64,000 nt of DNA. Origin: Eubacteriales bacterium. Its GTDB lineage: Bacteria; Bacillota; Clostridia; Oscillospirales; CAG-382. The stretch is from the NCBI GenBank assembly GCA_045595165.1, contig JAZNZY010000003.1, positions 1,374 to 65,373 on the forward strand. The letters are read 5' to 3'. Position numbers and translations under genes: made by a program. The notes beneath the pieces were generated by a model, which searched no databases, was not told the origin of the DNA, and saw only the letters and a list, made by a program, of their open reading frames with translations. Shown here piece by piece: positions 18,141 through 27,828 of the stretch; positions within the stretch are counted from its first letter, which is position 1, and the number at the start of each line of letters is the position of its first letter.

Positions 18141-19958
18141 ATGAAAAAATGGTCTTTTTACACTTCCAATGAAATAAAGCCTTTGGGATGGGTAAAGCGT
18201 CAGCTTGAAATACAGGCGCAGTCCCTTTGCGGAAACCTACACAAGGTCTGGCCCGATGTGCGTGACAGCAAGTGGATCGGCGGTACGGCAGAAGGCTGGG
18301 AGCGTGTCCCTTATTGGCTGGACGGATTTATACCCATGGCGTATCTCCTTGAAGACGAAGAGCTTATTTCCGTAGCCCAAAAATATATGGACGCAATACT
18401 CTCTTTCCAACAGCCCGACGGATGGCTGTGCCCCTGCGAAGAGGAAAAGCGTCCCACTTACGATACCTGGGCGGTGTTGCTGCTTTCCAAGGTGCTCACC
18501 GTGTATTACCAATGCTCGGGCAAAGAGCAGGCGGTGGATGCGCTGTATAAAATGCTTAAAAACTATCACGAACTGCTCAAAAACGGCACGGTAAAGCTGT
18601 TTGAGTGGGGAAAATACCGTTGGTACGAAGGATTTATCGCTATCGACTTTTTGTATTCCCGCTGCGGCGAAGAATGGCTTTTGGACCTTGCTCGCATACT
18701 TAAAGAGCAGGGAATGGATTACGATACTGTAACCCACCTCTGGGAACGCCCTATGAACTGGTGGCGGTTTGATACACATATAGTAAACCTTGCAATGATG
18801 CTTAAATCCGAAGCGGTATCTGCGGCTCTTCTCGGTGATCAGTACACGGATAAAGCACAAAAATACTACGATATTCTGGAAAAGTACAACGGTATGCCCG
18901 CAGGCGTTTTCACGGGGGATGAATGTCTTTCCGGCGTAAGCCCCATTCAGGGCGCGGAGCTTTGCTCGGTAGTGGAATTAATGTATTCCTATGAGCATCT
19001 CTATGCCTGCACCGGGGATAAAAAGTGGGCGGAACGTCTGGAGAAAATTGCCTTCAACGCACTTCCCGCCGCTATAAGCGACGATATGTGGGCGCACCAG
19101 TATGTTCAGCAAAGCAACCAGATATCCTGCATACGCTTCCCCGGAAAATCCGTTTTCCGCACCAACAACAGCGAAGCCCACCTTTTCGGTCTTGAGCCCA
19201 ATTTCGGATGCTGTACGGCGAATTTCGGTCAGGGCTGGCCCAAGCTTGTGCTGTCCTCATTTATGTATAACGGGGATAGGGTTATAAATGCCGTTCCCGT
19301 TCCCTCGGTACTTAAGACGGAGGACGTATATGTTTCTCTTGAAACCGAGTATCCCTTCAAAAACACCTTTAAATACACCGTAAAAGCGGAAAAAGATTTT
19401 ACTCTCGTTCTCCGCGTGCCCACCTTTGCCGTCGATTATACCGTTAACGGCGAAAAAGCGTGGGTTGAGGAGGTTTCCGTGCCCGTAAAGGCAGGGGAAA
19501 ACAAGGTCATTAACGTGTCCTTTGAAGTAACACCTCGTTTTGAAAAACGTTCGGGCAACCTCAACACGGTGGAAATGGGCTCTCTGCTGTTCTCCCTGCC
19601 CATAGAGTACCGCACCCTTATAAAGGAATACGAGCGTGACGGTGTGGAGCGCAAATTCCCGTACTGCGATTACGAATATTACCCCGAAACTCCTTGGCAG
19701 TTCGGCTTTGCGGATACTGCTTTAAAAGCAGAATACCGCGGTGTTACCGAAACTCCTTTTTCTTCCCACAATCCCCCCGTTATCGTAAAAGCGAGCGTAA
19801 ATGAAATCGCTTGGGGCTATGCGGACGGATACGATACCGTCTGTGCAAAATATCCCGAGAGCCGCGAGGGCATTGGCGAAGTGAAGGAGATAGAACTGTA
19901 TCCTTACGGCTGTGCAAAGCTTCGTATGACTGAGCTTCCTTTCTGCGAAGAGGAATGA
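18141..19958 (+). CDS. GH127/GH146-like beta-L-arabinofuranosidase domain protein
   Basis: GWERVPYWLDG, H.VN, ELCSVVE.M.S, E..AFNALP, CCTANFGQGWP. Confidence 0.85.
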   Translation: MKKWSFYTSNEIKPLGWVKRQLEIQAQSLCGNLHKVWPDVRDSKWIGGTAEGWERVPYWLDGFIPMAYLLEDEELISVAQKYMDAILSFQQPDGWLCPCEEEKRPTYDTWAVLLLSKVLTVYYQCSGKEQAVDALYKMLKNYHELLKNGTVKLFEWGKYRWYEGFIAIDFLYSRCGEEWLLDLARILKEQGMDYDTVTHLWERPMNWWRFDTHIVNLAMMLKSEAVSAALLGDQYTDKAQKYYDILEKYNGMPAGVFTGDECLSGVSPIQGAELCSVVELMYSYEHLYACTGDKKWAERLEKIAFNALPAAISDDMWAHQYVQQSNQISCIRFPGKSVFRTNNSEAHLFGLEPNFGCCTANFGQGWPKLVLSSFMYNGDRVINAVPVPSVLKTEDVYVSLETEYPFKNTFKYTVKAEKDFTLVLRVPTFAVDYTVNGEKAWVEEVSVPVKAGENKVINVSFEVTPRFEKRSGNLNTVEMGSLLFSLPIEYRTLIKEYERDGVERKFPYCDYEYYPETPWQFGFADTALKAEYRGVTETPFSSHNPPVIVKASVNEIAWGYADGYDTVCAKYPESREGIGEVKEIELYPYGCAKLRMTELPFCEEE

Positions 19959-19961
19959 GAA

Positions 19962-21128
19962 ATGGAAAAAATACGCGAATATTTCGAAAAATCTCTTTTG
20001 GCAGGCGCAAAAAGATTTGTTATAAGCAACCCCGTTTCCAAGGATGCACAGTACAAAAAGATTATTGCCGATAAAAAGTCAGCGGGATTTCAGATTGCCA
20101 AATATACCGAAAAGCAGGTGTTTCACGAAAACGTTTCGGAAACCGACCTTGCTATACGCTGTGCGGAGCTTGTTTACGGCAACTACAAGCAGGTAAACGG
20201 CTTTGCCGAAAATAACGAGCATATCCTGCTCATTTCCAAAAAAGGCGTAAGCAGATATTCGGTAAAGAAAAGCGCCTCCTTGTCTGTGCCCGAAAGCACG
20301 CAGCATAACAGAGAGAAAAACTATATCCTTTCCCAAGGAGAAAACATCCCTCCGCTTATAGATATGGGAGTGTTTACCAAGGACGGCAAGGTAATAAACG
20401 CTATGTACCACAAGTACAAGCAGATAAACCGCTTTCTGGAAACGGTGGACGATGAAATTTCCGCATACCCTTCGGAAACCTTAAACGTAATAGATTTCGG
20501 CTGCGGGAAATCATATCTTACGTTTATTCTTTATTATTACCTTACCGCCGTTAAGGGCAAAAAGGTAAATATGATAGGTCTTGACCTTAAAAAAGAGGTA
20601 ATAGAAAAGTGTGAAGCTTCTGCACGTAAATACGGCTACGACGGATTGCATTTTGAGCTTGGAGATATAAACGGCTATAAGGCTCCCTTTAAGGTGGATA
20701 TGGTGGTTACTCTCCATGCTTGCGATACCGCCACCGATCACGCTTTGTATAACGCTGTAAGCTGGGGTGCGAGGATGATCTTTTCCGTGCCCTGCTGCCA
20801 GCACGAGCTGAACAGGCAGATGCAGCCGAAAAATCTTGATATAATCTCCCGTTACGGCATTATACAAGAGCGTTTTTGCGCCCTCGCCACAGATGCCATA
20901 CGGGGAAATATATTGGAATACTGCGGCTATAAGACCCAGATAATGGAATTTATCGAACTTGACCATACCCCGAAAAATATCCTTATCCGCGCCGTAAAAC
21001 GTCCGTCCACCCCCCAAAAAGTAAAACAAAAAGCGCTGGACGAGATAAACGCAGTCATAAACGAATTCGGCTTTAAGCCAACGCTTTACCAGCTTTTAAT
21101 ACAAAAAAACGACACTTGTGTAGTATAG
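19962..21128 (+). CDS. Class I SAM-dependent methyltransferase
   Basis: IDFGCGKSYL, LHACDTATD, VPCC, HTPKN. Confidence 0.88.
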   Translation: MEKIREYFEKSLLAGAKRFVISNPVSKDAQYKKIIADKKSAGFQIAKYTEKQVFHENVSETDLAIRCAELVYGNYKQVNGFAENNEHILLISKKGVSRYSVKKSASLSVPESTQHNREKNYILSQGENIPPLIDMGVFTKDGKVINAMYHKYKQINRFLETVDDEISAYPSETLNVIDFGCGKSYLTFILYYYLTAVKGKKVNMIGLDLKKEVIEKCEASARKYGYDGLHFELGDINGYKAPFKVDMVVTLHACDTATDHALYNAVSWGARMIFSVPCCQHELNRQMQPKNLDIISRYGIIQERFCALATDAIRGNILEYCGYKTQIMEFIELDHTPKNILIRAVKRPSTPQKVKQKALDEINAVINEFGFKPTLYQLLIQKNDTCVV

Positions 21129-21169
21129 TCTGCATATGGAAGTTTCAGCAAGAAAAGGAGAATGTTGAT

Positions 21170-22678
21170 ATGAAAAAAATCATTTCTATCTTCATAGTTA
21201 CCGTGTGTATTTGCGCGTTGTTTACATTAAATACAACTGCTGCCCGCGATCCTCTGGCAGAAAAGTTTGAGGATGCACTTTGGAGTCTTGATCATTTTTA
21301 CGATTATGATTATGATTACATGATCCGTATCGCCAGCGACCAATTTGTGAACTGGGATGAAGACGGTCCCTTTACCGCTACTGCCGAGGAATTTGACGGT
21401 GTTTTGCGTAAATATTTTGCCATTACCGACAAGCAGATACAAGAGCTCCGCGAATACGGTAACCGTGATTACAAAAACGAAATATACGATGAAGAAACCT
21501 GGGAAGTAATTGAGGTTATTCCTTTCTTTAACGAAGCGACACAGACATACACCTTCCGTTTTTACGGAGGCTTTGGCGGCAATCTGCCTCCCCGTCAATA
21601 TCTTGGCTACGTTAAAAACGGCGAAACTTACGACGTGTATTTTCAGCACCTGACTTATGCTTATCTTGAAGATTATCTGCCCGAAGGCGTTGACGAGAAT
21701 GAGCTTATAGAAGGATGGCCCGAATTTATAGAATATGACGGTCTTCGCTTTGTGGGCGGTCCCGAAGGTTATTATACGACTCTTTCCTATGACGATTACG
21801 GCAGAAGATATACCGTAGAGCTTAACGGCGACGTAGTGCGCATTATTGATTGCATAGACTATAACGAAAGTCATCTGCCCAAGGCTTTTGACGATAAAGA
21901 AGTGCCTGATGTAATATACGATATTCCCGCAGATGTCACTATTCCCGAAAACGATTGCTTTGAAGGCAACACGATCGTTAAGGCTGAAGAAATAAAAACC
22001 GGCAGTACGATGGAAAAAGTAGCTGCGGCTATGAAATCTATTGCCAAAAATTACATAGCTTTTGAATTTATCGCCACAAAAGATAATACAGCGGTTCAAC
22101 CTAAGGGTAAATTAGCGGTAACTTTTGCCATACCCCAGGGATATAGCAACAACGTTACTGTGTTCTATATGGCACAAAACGGATCTTTGGAGCGGCTTAA
22201 CACTACTGTAAACGCCGCAAACAGAACTGCGAGTGCAGAGTTAGAGCATTTCAGCGTTTACATTTTAGCGGATGAAGACAGCGCAGAACACGAGCATAAT
22301 TATGAAACTGTTGTAGTTGAGCCCACCTGCACAACAAAGGGATATACCACATATACCTGTGCGTGCGGTGATACTTATACTGATGATGAAGTAGATGCTA
22401 TCGACCATAGCTTCGGCGAATGGACAGTAACCAAAACAGGGGAAGAAACAAGACAGTGTGAAAATTGCGAATTTTTCGAAACCCGTTCCGACGGGGACTC
22501 TTCGTCCGAACAGGTAGAAAGTAAACCAGAAACGAATTCATCCTGCATTATTCCCGATGATTCGGATGATGCTGGAGGTTCCGGCAATACTGTTATTATC
22601 ATCATTTCAGTTGTAGCTACGGTGGTTGTGGCGGCGGTTGTTGTTTTTGTAACAATCGGTAAAAAGAAAGCAAAATAA
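21170..22678 (+). CDS. Secreted/surface protein with Cys-His motif and C-terminal TM anchor
   Basis: Signal peptide, EHFSVY, PTCTTKGYTTYTCACG, hydrophobic tail followed by KKKAK. Confidence 0.75.
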   Translation: MKKIISIFIVTVCICALFTLNTTAARDPLAEKFEDALWSLDHFYDYDYDYMIRIASDQFVNWDEDGPFTATAEEFDGVLRKYFAITDKQIQELREYGNRDYKNEIYDEETWEVIEVIPFFNEATQTYTFRFYGGFGGNLPPRQYLGYVKNGETYDVYFQHLTYAYLEDYLPEGVDENELIEGWPEFIEYDGLRFVGGPEGYYTTLSYDDYGRRYTVELNGDVVRIIDCIDYNESHLPKAFDDKEVPDVIYDIPADVTIPENDCFEGNTIVKAEEIKTGSTMEKVAAAMKSIAKNYIAFEFIATKDNTAVQPKGKLAVTFAIPQGYSNNVTVFYMAQNGSLERLNTTVNAANRTASAELEHFSVYILADEDSAEHEHNYETVVVEPTCTTKGYTTYTCACGDTYTDDEVDAIDHSFGEWTVTKTGEETRQCENCEFFETRSDGDSSSEQVESKPETNSSCIIPDDSDDAGGSGNTVIIIISVVATVVVAAVVVFVTIGKKKAK

Positions 22679-22696
22679 CTTTAATATTATAGTTTA

Positions 22697-22731
22697 AAAA
22701 GAGCTCGGCACTTCATAAACCGAGCTCTTTT
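22697..22731. terminator. Bidirectional terminator
   Basis: AAAAGAGCTCGG...CCGAGCTCTTTT. Confidence 0.8.
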
Positions 22732-22743
22732 GATTTGTTGTTT

Positions 22744-23274
22744 TTATGCAAAGTGTTTTCTATATCCGTCCGTAAGGATTTTTCCGTGGTCGGATGCGAT
22801 ATCCTCGCTCTTTCCTTCGGGGGAAAGGGTAAGTACCGTTTCGCCGTGAGAAAGGGTAAAGCCCTTTTCGCTTACGGAAATATCAAACCATTTAGCGTCC
22901 GCCGCATCGTCCCCTGCTTCGGTTTTGGGCATTTTTTCAAGTACTTGAGTAAACGCCACGGTGATTATACGGGTGCGGGGGTCGCGCTTGGGGTCTGAAT
23001 AAACCCTTAACTGCTCGGGGTATGCCTCCACGCCCGTTTCCTCCATAAGCTCACGGGATGCCGCTTGCTCGCAGGTTTCGTTCGGCTCCACAAATCCGCC
23101 GGGGAGCGCCCAAGTATCTATAAAGGGATGGTTTGCCCGTTTTATTAAAAGCACCTTGTTTTCGCAAAAGATAACCATATCCACGGTTACGGAAGGACGC
23201 TCAAATTTACTCGCATCGTAAGCGGCAAGAAATTCCGCTTCCGTCTGGCCCTGGGCGTTGCGTTTTTCTGTCAT
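22744..23274 (-). CDS. NUDIX hydrolase (ADP-ribose pyrophosphatase-like)
   Basis: PSVTVD, WALPGGF..E...AA.REL.EETG, RDPR, AGDDA. Confidence 0.9.
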   Translation of the reverse strand: MTEKRNAQGQTEAEFLAAYDASKFERPSVTVDMVIFCENKVLLIKRANHPFIDTWALPGGFVEPNETCEQAASRELMEETGVEAYPEQLRVYSDPKRDPRTRIITVAFTQVLEKMPKTEAGDDAADAKWFDISVSEKGFTLSHGETVLTLSPEGKSEDIASDHGKILTDGYRKHFA

Positions 23275-23289
23275 TTGTTTTTACCGCCT

Positions 23290-23994
23290 TTATAAAGGTT
23301 TTTTCATAATTCTGCCGTTTGCTCTGGGGTATTCGGCAGGGGTAGAGGATATCTTTTTTATAACTATAACGGTGTGGCTTCTGTCAAAAACGGGGATGGG
23401 AGCTTCAAAAAGCTCTGCCTCGCCGCCGCCCAGAACTTTTATGGCGTTGCGCGCTTCCTCCAGTTCTTCTCTGCCGCGGTTGCCCTTCATTGCTATAAAA
23501 TATCCGCCCTTTTTAACCAAAGGCAAACACCATTCGCACAGCACGTTAAGGCGGGCTACCCCGCGGGAAACGGCTATATCGTATTTTTCTCTGTGCCCGC
23601 CCTTGCCTGCTTCCTCTGCGCGGGCGCACAGAGTGGATATGTTGGAAATACCCGCTTCCCGCGCGGTTTCTTCAACAAATCTCAGTTTTTTTGCGGTGCT
23701 GTCCAATCCCGTGAAATGGCAGTCGGGAGCACATATCGCCAGAGGGAAGGTGGGGAACCCTCCTCCGCAGCCAATGTCAATAACCTTTTTGTTTTTAAAA
23801 AGTCCGGTTTTAAGAGGGGAGAGGGAATCCACAAAATGCAGCAGCGCAATCTCTTCGTCGGTCTTAAGGTCGGTTACGTTCAGGTTTCCTTCTATCCGTT
23901 TAAGTCCCTCCGCCACGGCGTAAAACTGCTTTTCCTGCTCCTCCGTAAAGGATATGGGGGAATATTTTTTTGTAATATCAATTATGTTTTTCAT
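23290..23994 (-). CDS. rsmG: 16S rRNA m7G527 methyltransferase
   Basis: LHFVDSL, IDIGCGGGFP, RAEE, position after mnmG. Confidence 0.95.
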   Translation of the reverse strand: MKNIIDITKKYSPISFTEEQEKQFYAVAEGLKRIEGNLNVTDLKTDEEIALLHFVDSLSPLKTGLFKNKKVIDIGCGGGFPTFPLAICAPDCHFTGLDSTAKKLRFVEETAREAGISNISTLCARAEEAGKGGHREKYDIAVSRGVARLNVLCEWCLPLVKKGGYFIAMKGNRGREELEEARNAIKVLGGGEAELFEAPIPVFDRSHTVIVIKKISSTPAEYPRANGRIMKKPL

Positions 23995-25852
23995 TGTTTT
24001 TCCTTTGAGTAAGCCATACCAGCAAAACGGAAATATCCGCAGGCGAAATGCCGGATATTCGGGATGCCTGACCAACGGAAGCGGGACGGAGTGCATTAAG
24101 CTTTTGCGCCGCTTCAAGACGTATTCCTTTGATTTGGGAATAGTCTGCGTCTGCAGGGAGCGCCTTATCCTCCAATTTGCTCACACGTTTAACCTCGTCA
24201 AGCTCTTTTTTGATATAGCCTTCGTATTTAATTTCGGTTTCTGCCCTGCGGGCAACCTCCCGCTTTACGTTGCGTCCGTCAAGAGCGCAAATATCTGCGT
24301 GGGTTATGGCGGGACGCTTTATCAGCTCCGCTTTACGCATACCGCCTTCGCTTTCGCCGTAGCCCCTCTCGGTAAGAAGCTGTGTAAGCGCCTCCGTTTT
24401 GGGCACGGAATTTGTGCGGAGATGGTTTATCTCCTCCTCCACTTCCTTGTAAAGGGCGATGTATTCGGCATATTTTTCGTCGGATATAAGCCCTGCGTAT
24501 CTGCCGTATTCTATAAGTCTTTGCTTTGCGTTGTCCTGCCTCAAAAGCAAGCGGTATTCGCTTCGGGATGTCATCATACGGTAAGGCTCATTCGTGCCCT
24601 TGGTAACCAGGTCGTCTATAAGGGTGCCGATATATCCTTCGCTCCGCTTAAGCACTATCTGCTCCCTGCCTTGAACAGCCAATGCGGCGTTTATACCCGC
24701 AATAATTCCCTGCGCCGCCGCTTCCTCGTAGCCGGAGGAGCCGTTGAACTGTCCTGCCCCGTAAAGACCTTTTAAGTTTTTAAACTCCAAGGTGGGGTGT
24801 AATTGAGTAGGGTCTGCGCAATCATATTCAATAGCGTATGCGGTGCGCATAAATACTGCGTTTTCAAGTCCCTTTATGGAATGAACTATCTGCTTTTGCA
24901 CTTCCTCGGGCAGGGATGAGGAAAGCCCCTGCAGGTACATTTCCTTGGTGTGCTCGCCCATAGGCTCTACAAATATCTGGTGTCTTTCCTTATCGGAAAA
25001 ACGCACCACTTTATCCTCTATAGAGGGGCAGTATCTGGGTCCCGTGCCCTTTATCACACCCGAAAAAAGCGGGGAACGGTGGAGGTTTTCTTTAATAATA
25101 CGGTGGGTTTCGGGATTGGTGTAGGTAATATAACATTCTCGCTTGTTTACTCCCGCCTGCTCATCGGAAAAACGTGTGGCAAACTCATCCCCAACCTGCT
25201 TTTCCATTTTATCGTAATCCAGAGAATCCGCGTGCACTCTGGGGGGAGTTCCCGTCTTGAATCGGGTAAGCTTTATTCCGTTTGCTTCCAGCGTTTGGGA
25301 AAGCTTGTCTGCGGATATGCTGTTATCGGGTCCCGAGGAATATGCGTGCTCGCCTGCAATAATTTTTCCTTTAAGGGACGTTCCCGTGGCGATTATTACC
25401 TTTTTTGCGGGAAAATGTCCTCCGAAAGCGGTGTCCACTCCCGTAATGCAACCGTCCTCGGCGGTTATTCCCGTAACCTCTGCTTGAATAAGGGTAAGGT
25501 TAGGGGTGCTTTCCACCACCTCGGTCATATAGTTTCTGTATGCAACTCTGTCCGCCTGCAGTCTTAAGGAATGTACCGCAGGTCCCTTGCTGGAATTCAG
25601 CATTCTGCTTTGAAGCATAGCGTGGTCGGCGGCTTTTCCCATTTCTCCGCCCAAAGCGTCTACCTCATATACCAGATGGCCTTTTCCCGTTCCTCCGATA
25701 GAGGGGTTGCAGGGCATATTTCCCACAAGATCAAGGGTAAGGGTGAACAGCGCCGTCTTCAAACCCATGCGTGCGGATGCAAGAGCCGCTTCAATACCTG
25801 CGTGTCCTGCACCTACCACGATTATATCATAATTTTCCGCTGTATAACTCAT
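23978..25852 (-). CDS. mnmG: tRNA uridine-5-carboxymethylaminomethyl modification enzyme
   Basis: GAGHAG, CNPSIGG, RFKTGTPPR, GPRYCPSIEDK, AGQFNGSSGYEEAAAQG. Confidence 0.98.
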   Translation of the reverse strand: MSYTAENYDIIVVGAGHAGIEAALASARMGLKTALFTLTLDLVGNMPCNPSIGGTGKGHLVYEVDALGGEMGKAADHAMLQSRMLNSSKGPAVHSLRLQADRVAYRNYMTEVVESTPNLTLIQAEVTGITAEDGCITGVDTAFGGHFPAKKVIIATGTSLKGKIIAGEHAYSSGPDNSISADKLSQTLEANGIKLTRFKTGTPPRVHADSLDYDKMEKQVGDEFATRFSDEQAGVNKRECYITYTNPETHRIIKENLHRSPLFSGVIKGTGPRYCPSIEDKVVRFSDKERHQIFVEPMGEHTKEMYLQGLSSSLPEEVQKQIVHSIKGLENAVFMRTAYAIEYDCADPTQLHPTLEFKNLKGLYGAGQFNGSSGYEEAAAQGIIAGINAALAVQGREQIVLKRSEGYIGTLIDDLVTKGTNEPYRMMTSRSEYRLLLRQDNAKQRLIEYGRYAGLISDEKYAEYIALYKEVEEEINHLRTNSVPKTEALTQLLTERGYGESEGGMRKAELIKRPAITHADICALDGRNVKREVARRAETEIKYEGYIKKELDEVKRVSKLEDKALPADADYSQIKGIRLEAAQKLNALRPASVGQASRISGISPADISVLLVWLTQRKNNEKHN

Positions 25853-25854
25853 AT

Positions 25855-27201
25855 TTATTTACCTACGCAAAAATGTGAAAAAATTTCGTTTACAATTTCC
25901 AGTGCGGCAGTTCTGCCGTCAATTTCCCCAAGTGCGGATACGGCACGTTCTATACATTCGCCCGCAATATCCTGGGTAAATCCGTCAAGGGCGTGTATAG
26001 CATCGTCAACGTTTTCCAAAGCTCTCTCAATGGCGGAAAACTGTCTTGCGGAAACGATTATATCCTGTGTGTCTGCCTCTGCCGCCCCTGCAAAGGAAAG
26101 TATTTTCTTCTGTAATTCTTCAAATCCCTCGCCCGTTGCCGCAGACATATATACTGCGTTTTCAAAGGGGGAAGCGGTTTTTTTGCCCATATCGCATTTG
26201 TTCATTACCGTTATAACACGGTCTTCTTTTCCTTTAAGCAGAGAAACAAGCTCGTTATCCTCCTCGGTAAGAGGGGAAGAACAATCAAACACCGCAATAA
26301 TAAGGGAGGATCTTTCTATTTCCTTTATACTTCTTTTAATTCCTGCCGCTTCAACGGTTTCTTCGCTTTCTCTTATTCCCGCCGTGTCCGCAAGGTTGAG
26401 CAGTACGTCCCCCACCTTAACCTGCTCGGTGATAACGTCGCGGGTGGTGCCTGCAATATCGGTTACAATGGCTCTGTCAGTACCGCATAAAAGGTTCATC
26501 AAAGTGGATTTACCCGTGTTGGGCTTGCCCGCAATAACGGTGGGTATACCTTCGGATATAGCCTTGCCGAACTTGTGAGTTCCCGCAAGGGAAACAAGCT
26601 CTGCTTTTACCTTGTTAAGCCGTGTGAGCATTTCGGGAACGGACATATCTGTCATATCCTCGTCGGGATAATCGATATACGCATACACGGTGGCGGCGGT
26701 CAAAATAAGCTCGTTACATAAAGCGTTTATTTTTTCGCTCATCTTTCCGTCCAGCTGGCGCAGGCTTACCTGAAGGTGCTTTTCGCTGTGGGCATCAATA
26801 AGTCCGCCTACCGCCTCCGCTTGGGAAAGGGTTATTTTGCCGTTTATATATGCCCGTCTTGTAAATTCTCCCGCACCTGCAGGCACAGCTCCTGCCCAAA
26901 AGCAGGCTTTAAGCAGCTTTTCCTGCACCAAGGCACCGCCGTGACAGCACAGCTCCGCCGTATCCTCCCCCGTAAATGAACGGGGAGAAATGAACATAGT
27001 TGCCATTCCGTCGTCAAAATTTCCGTCTTTATCGCAAAAATATCCGTGCACAGCCTTTCCTGCGGGATATTCGGTAATATCCTTTCCGGAAGCAGGGGAA
27101 AAAACCTTGCGGCAAACCTGCAAGGCGTCCTCTCCGGATATTCGTATAAGTGCAACGCCCCCTTTTCCTCTGGGGGTGGATATTGCCGCTACTGTGCTCA
27201 T
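25855..27201 (-). CDS. mnmE: tRNA modification GTPase
   Basis: SFTGED, GKPNTGKS, GTTRD, DTAG, NKCD, C-terminal FCVGK. Confidence 0.98.
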   Translation of the reverse strand: MSTVAAISTPRGKGGVALIRISGEDALQVCRKVFSPASGKDITEYPAGKAVHGYFCDKDGNFDDGMATMFISPRSFTGEDTAELCCHGGALVQEKLLKACFWAGAVPAGAGEFTRRAYINGKITLSQAEAVGGLIDAHSEKHLQVSLRQLDGKMSEKINALCNELILTAATVYAYIDYPDEDMTDMSVPEMLTRLNKVKAELVSLAGTHKFGKAISEGIPTVIAGKPNTGKSTLMNLLCGTDRAIVTDIAGTTRDVITEQVKVGDVLLNLADTAGIRESEETVEAAGIKRSIKEIERSSLIIAVFDCSSPLTEEDNELVSLLKGKEDRVITVMNKCDMGKKTASPFENAVYMSAATGEGFEELQKKILSFAGAAEADTQDIIVSARQFSAIERALENVDDAIHALDGFTQDIAGECIERAVSALGEIDGRTAALEIVNEIFSHFCVGK

Positions 27202-27686
27202 TTGAATAAATCTCCCTCGGTCTTAAAACCTTCAAAATCTCTTTGTCTTAACGCTTCGTAAACTGCAATGGCGGCGGCATTTGAAAGGTTAAGACTGCGT
27301 ATTTCGTCCTGCATAGGAATTCTCACGCAGTTTTCTTTGTGTGCAAAAAGCAAATCCTCGGGAAGTCCTTTTGTTTCTTTACCGAAGATAAGGTATACCT
27401 TGCCTTTGGCGTAGGAAACGTCGGTATACTTTTTATCCGCCTTGGTGGTGAAGAACCAATATTCCCCTTCGTTTGCTTTAAAAAATTCATCTATATTTTT
27501 GTAATACTTTACGTCCAGATACTTCCAGTAATCCAGTCCCGCCCGCTTTAAGGTGCGGTCGCTTATCTCAAAACCGAAAGGCTCTATAAGGTGAAGCGTT
27601 ACCCCCGTTGCCGCGCAGGTACGGGAAATGTTACCCGTGTTCTGGGGTATTTCAGGCTCCAAAAGTACTATGTTTATATCGTTCAA
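27198..27686 (-). CDS. trmL: tRNA (cytidine34-2'-O)-methyltransferase
   Basis: PEIPQNTGNI, RAGLDYW, FGKET.GL, RSLNLSN. Confidence 0.95.
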   Translation of the reverse strand: MNDINIVLLEPEIPQNTGNISRTCAATGVTLHLIEPFGFEISDRTLKRAGLDYWKYLDVKYYKNIDEFFKANEGEYWFFTTKADKKYTDVSYAKGKVYLIFGKETKGLPEDLLFAHKENCVRIPMQDEIRSLNLSNAAAIAVYEALRQRDFEGFKTEGDLFK

Positions 27687-27828
27687 CGGTCAAAACCTCT
27701 TTTCTGTCCCATGTAGTATATAACATTTTAAAGAAATATGCAATTATTTTTACAAAAAGGTATGTATTTTTCTGTTTTTTTGATGTATAATAAGCTGATT
27801 AAGAATATAATCGGAGGATTTTATCTAT

